In this document: piece by piece, positions 29,431 to 32,000 of the stretch
Position numbering within the stretch: position 1 is the first letter of the stretch
How the letters are laid out: each line of letters opens with the position of its first letter
NCBI GenBank assembly: GCA_000008085.1
Contig: AE017199.1
Span: 300,001 to 332,000, forward strand
Source: Nanoarchaeum equitans Kin4-M
Lineage (GTDB): Archaea > Nanobdellota > Nanobdellia > Nanobdellales > Nanoarchaeaceae
Length of the DNA stretch: 32,000 nt
Direction of reading: 5' to 3'
Program-made: the position numbers and the translations under genes
Notes under the pieces: generated by a model
The model's database searches: none
The model's input: the letters and a program-made list of their open reading frames with translations, nothing else
Told to the model about the DNA's origin: nothing

Positions 29431-30944
29431 ACCTAATTTTATTAGCTGAAATATTATTTTCTTTAACCTCTATATTTTTTGCTGCCCTTATTTTAAAACC
29501 TTTCCTTGTATTTAATATATTTGCTACACTTTTTGGCAAACAATTCGCTTGTAAAAGCTTTGCTAATTTAAATAGCTTTTTAGCCCCAATTGTTATATTG
29601 CCAATCCCAGATGTTTGCTACAATTCTGCTATTTACAATTTAGATAATATGAAAGTTGGTTGCTTTTTGTTAAAAAAAGATTTATCTGATATATACAATT
29701 ATTACCAAAAATTGTATGGACAATGCTCTAATAATAATGAATGGCAAAAACTTTATTTTTCTTACATAATTGCGAGAAATATTGAGGATTGCTATAATAA
29801 ATATTATGGTTTACATGTAGAAGACAAAGCCCATACTAATGTGTTTCCTTGTAGTAATTTGTTTATTTATAGCAAGAATCCTATAGAAATAACTCCAACA
29901 GATGTCGTTATAATACTCAACAAACTAAAAAAATTAGAAATCAATTATTTTGATTTAGATTCAAAGCAAACAATTAAACTATACTTCAATCCAAAGATAG
30001 AAATTAAGGGAGATGTGGTAATAAAAACTGATAATGAAAGTATAATTTACAAAAGCCATTATATTAATGGAAAAAAACCTTTATATTTGGTTTTTGATTC
30101 TAAGGATTTTAATACTAAAGAAAGAACCTTTTTCATAAAATCCAATTCTTATGTTCTAATAAATTATTATGACAATGAGCAACAAATTTCCTTAGTTGAA
30201 AAGGTTGCAGCTGCAAAAAAGGTGGAAAGCTTTTTTTCTAAAATAGACCAAATTTTGGGATGGTTTGTATTATTAGCTATAGCATTTATAATAGTGTTAG
30301 TTATATTAAGTGTTCCAATAGGGGTATTGTCTGCATTGGTTAGTTCAGCCCCGACAATTTTAAATATAATTTTAAATTTAAGTAAAAAAATTGGAAAAAT
30401 AATAGCCTTTATAAAAATAGCGATTGTGATAGCCGCTTTTCTATCGCCAAACATAGCAAAACTTCTATTAGGAATTGATGATAGTTATAAAGAATTGTTT
30501 AAATCTCAAACAGGACTAGTTAGCAAAATTAATAAACCTGTGATAGGAGTAACAACCCTTATTCCTAAAAAAGACGATACCAAATGGTTTTTGTATTCGG
30601 TATTGCATAAATCTATACAAAACCTATTTGAAAAAAAAGACATAATTTTATCGAAATATAATATTAGTGTTTGCAAAATAAATAATTATAGTACAATATA
30701 TCAAGGTAGAGATATAAAAATATATTGCAACAATGGTTGTTCATTCGAAAGCAAAACCGGTAAACCAATTAATGCCAAACTATTTATAATAGATGAAGCT
30801 CCAACCAGTGAAAAAGAATACGGATTGTATCTTTCTAGGGGGAATATAGCGATTTTATTAGATCCATCTTACCCAATAGGAGAGAAAGACGTAGAAACCA
30901 TCGCTCTAGAACTTATAAAGGGCTTTAAAGCAATATATTGTTAA
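29427..30944 (+). CDS. large multi-TM membrane protein, unknown family
   Basis: 505 aa. The GTG start overlaps the rpl19e stop (ATGTGA). N-terminal TM pair, central hydrophobic block (ILGWFVLLAIAFIIVLVILSVPIGVLSALVSSAPTILNIIL...IIAFIKIAIVIAAFL), and scattered Cys in the soluble parts. Confidence 0.55.
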   Translation: MNLILLAEILFSLTSIFFAALILKPFLVFNIFATLFGKQFACKSFANLNSFLAPIVILPIPDVCYNSAIYNLDNMKVGCFLLKKDLSDIYNYYQKLYGQCSNNNEWQKLYFSYIIARNIEDCYNKYYGLHVEDKAHTNVFPCSNLFIYSKNPIEITPTDVVIILNKLKKLEINYFDLDSKQTIKLYFNPKIEIKGDVVIKTDNESIIYKSHYINGKKPLYLVFDSKDFNTKERTFFIKSNSYVLINYYDNEQQISLVEKVAAAKKVESFFSKIDQILGWFVLLAIAFIIVLVILSVPIGVLSALVSSAPTILNIILNLSKKIGKIIAFIKIAIVIAAFLSPNIAKLLLGIDDSYKELFKSQTGLVSKINKPVIGVTTLIPKKDDTKWFLYSVLHKSIQNLFEKKDIILSKYNISVCKINNYSTIYQGRDIKIYCNNGCSFESKTGKPINAKLFIIDEAPTSEKEYGLYLSRGNIAILLDPSYPIGEKDVETIALELIKGFKAIYC

Positions 30945-30965
30945 AATATAACATGTTTATAACGT

Positions 30966-31703
30966 ATGAAACTTATAGGTACAGGTTGGAAAAGTCCTTC
31001 TTTAATAGATGTGCACAATAAAGTTACTTTTACTCTATGGCTTTGTGGGTGTAATTTGAAATGCCCTTTTTGTCATAACTGGAAAATAGCCGAAAAAATA
31101 GGGTGTGGAGAATTAGATATAAATAGATTGTTAGACGAATTAGATAGTGCTTCTTTATTAATAGATTATTTACATGTTACTGGGGGAGAACCCTTATTGC
31201 AATGGGAACCATTATTGGAATTGTTCAAAACCTCTTACGAAAATTATAATGTGGAAAACAGTTTGAATACTAATTTTACATTAACTATCCCATTAAAGAA
31301 GCATTTGGATTCGGGTTATGTTCACCATGTTGCTACCGATCTAAAAGTGCCCCCAAATGAAATGTATGGGGTAGAAAATTGGAAAGCCTTATGGGAATCC
31401 TATTTGAAAAGCCTTTCTCTAATGAAAGAATATGATATCCCCTTAGAATTAAGAATTCCTGTTTCGAGATTCCCATGGGAAGAAAAGAAACCATACATAG
31501 ACCAAGCACTTAAAGCTTTAGGAGACGCAAACTTCTATGTAATAATAAACCCATTATTGAATTACCCAGTTGTAAATCCTAGAAACAAAGAATGGTGTGA
31601 CAAGCATTGTTCTCCTCAAAAAGAAGAATTAAATATAATAAAAGACTATTTAGAGAGCCAAGGAATAAAAGTTTATCTAAAAGGGCACAGCGAATTAATA
31701 TAG
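30966..31703 (+). CDS. nrdG: radical SAM activase, NrdG-like (class III RNR activating enzyme family)
   Basis: 245 aa. LWLCGCNLKCPFCHNW (CX3CX2C) near the N-terminus, and the GGEPLL SAM-binding motif. Confidence 0.7.
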   Translation: MKLIGTGWKSPSLIDVHNKVTFTLWLCGCNLKCPFCHNWKIAEKIGCGELDINRLLDELDSASLLIDYLHVTGGEPLLQWEPLLELFKTSYENYNVENSLNTNFTLTIPLKKHLDSGYVHHVATDLKVPPNEMYGVENWKALWESYLKSLSLMKEYDIPLELRIPVSRFPWEEKKPYIDQALKALGDANFYVIINPLLNYPVVNPRNKEWCDKHCSPQKEELNIIKDYLESQGIKVYLKGHSELI

Positions 31704-31758
31704 CCGGGGCAGTGGGGTCGAGAACCCCGTATGCTAGACCTGGCTACACCACGGGGGC
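31703..31758 (-). tRNA. stand-alone 5' half of tRNA-Glu(CUC) (nt 1-37) plus 16-nt GC-rich 3' extension; split tRNA gene
   Basis: Minus strand reads GCCCCCG-UG-GUGU-AGCCAGGUCUA-GCAU-A-CGGGG-UUCUCG (31758-31719), then ACCCCACUGCCCCGGC (31718-31703). No T arm or acceptor 3' strand follows. Confidence 0.85.
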
Positions 31759-31778
31759 AGTGATAAAATTTAAACCCA

Positions 31779-31786
31779 TTTAAAAA
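31779..31786 (-). promoter_or_regulatory. TATA box of the tRNA-Glu 5' half
   Basis: TTTTTAAA on the minus strand, starting 28 nt upstream of nt 1 of the half. Confidence 0.6.
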
Positions 31787-31795
31787 CATTAACTA

Positions 31796-32000
31796 ATGAT
31801 AGCTTTCATTAGCGATTTGCATTTGGGCAATATTTACGCTAATAAAAAAGAGACTGAAGAGCATAGCTATAATGCTTTGGCAAAAATCGAAGAAAAGCTA
31901 TTAGAATACCAACCAGATTTAGTTTTGGTTGGAGGGGATATATTCGATAAAAACAAAGTCTCTGGAAAAGAGATTGGGGTATTCATAGATTTTATTAATA
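31796..32000 (+). CDS. mre11: Mre11-type DNA repair nuclease (metallophosphoesterase), N-terminal part; runs off window end
   Basis: Not in ORF track. Own translation: MIAFISDLHLGNIYANKKETEEHSYNALAKIEEKLLEYQPDLVLVGGDIFDKNKVSGKE... carries phosphoesterase motifs I (SDLHLG) and II (GGDIFD). Confidence 0.75.
   Translation, partial: MIAFISDLHLGNIYANKKETEEHSYNALAKIEEKLLEYQPDLVLVGGDIFDKNKVSGKEIGVFIDFIN

Noticed and set aside
456-30454. Many 60-146-aa ORFs in the track lying antisense inside longer genes (e.g. 456-746, 1224-1472, 2576-3736 group, 6029-6442, 6345-7674 group, 9328-9522, 10401-10583, 12543-12740, 13242-13508, 13670-13864, 15496-15783, 16123-16311, 16491-16715, 17209-17394, 17950-18897 group, 18956-19651, 20625-20819, 21269-22129, 24864-25217, 25868-26083, 30167-30454)
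   Set aside because: These are shadow ORFs. They have low-complexity Ser/Leu/Phe/Ile-rich products and no recognisable motifs. Each is fully covered by an opposite-strand or alternative-frame gene with clear family signatures.
1-32000. Search for CRISPR arrays, transposases, integrases, IS ends, prophage or classical defence genes
   Set aside because: No regularly spaced direct repeats were found, no recognisable mobile-element or defence protein motifs, and no compositional island other than the stable-RNA genes.
1-32000. 3' tRNA halves that could pair with the two 5' fragments
   Set aside because: Every GGTTCGAATCC-type T arm in the window belongs to one of the five complete tRNAs. Neither GCCGGGGCAGTGGGG nor GGGGGATGGCCAC occurs elsewhere in the window, so the partners must lie outside it.

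Overview
This is a visibly AT-rich (roughly 30% G+C by eye), almost gap-free archaeal window in which structural RNA genes stand out as GC-rich islands. I call 43 protein-coding genes. Two are cut by the window edges and were not in the ORF track, and one is a 54-aa SecE below the track cutoff. Most are archaeal information-processing or housekeeping genes: Nop5, histone, Alba, Rpo7, TFS, r-proteins uL2/eS28/eL31/LX/eL19/eS1, SecE, LonB, class III RNR NrdD with an NrdG-like activase 27 kb away, GatA, family-4 UDG, an ATL-like/EndoV fusion, a Hef-like helicase and Mre11. The rest are several lineage-specific membrane, secreted or Cys-rich proteins.

RNA genes:
- Five complete tRNAs: Leu-CAA, Ser-UGA, Pro-CGG, Gly-CCC, and Met/Ile-CAU with a 66-nt intron.
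- Two stand-alone 5' tRNA fragments, i.e. split tRNA genes. One is a Glu-CUC half cut after nt 37. The other ends inside the anticodon stem.
- Four C/D box sRNA candidates found by eye.

Every RNA gene, and many CDS start codons, sit 27-28 nt downstream of a TTTTTAAA-like box, which implies leaderless mRNAs. Split tRNA halves, scattered r-protein genes, pervasive short gene overlaps and the absence of conserved operons are the signature of a Nanoarchaeum equitans-type nanoarchaeote. I cannot confirm identity without a database search.

The most system-like signal is an RNA-processing network:
- split tRNA genes;
- C/D guides, one of which matches the anticodon loop of the tRNA-Leu(CAA) encoded in this same window and puts the predicted methylation on C34;
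- a second guide complementary to the universal 16S 3'-terminal anti-SD sequence;
- the nop5 gene.

Secondary points of interest:
- a 345-bp intergenic region with nested inverted repeats and four GTTAAC sites;
- a 398-bp ORF-free gap;
- an ATG-less paralog fragment;
- a tRNA-Gly with C33;
- several degenerate or fused enzymes.

I saw no CRISPR array, transposase, integrase or recognisable defence island.
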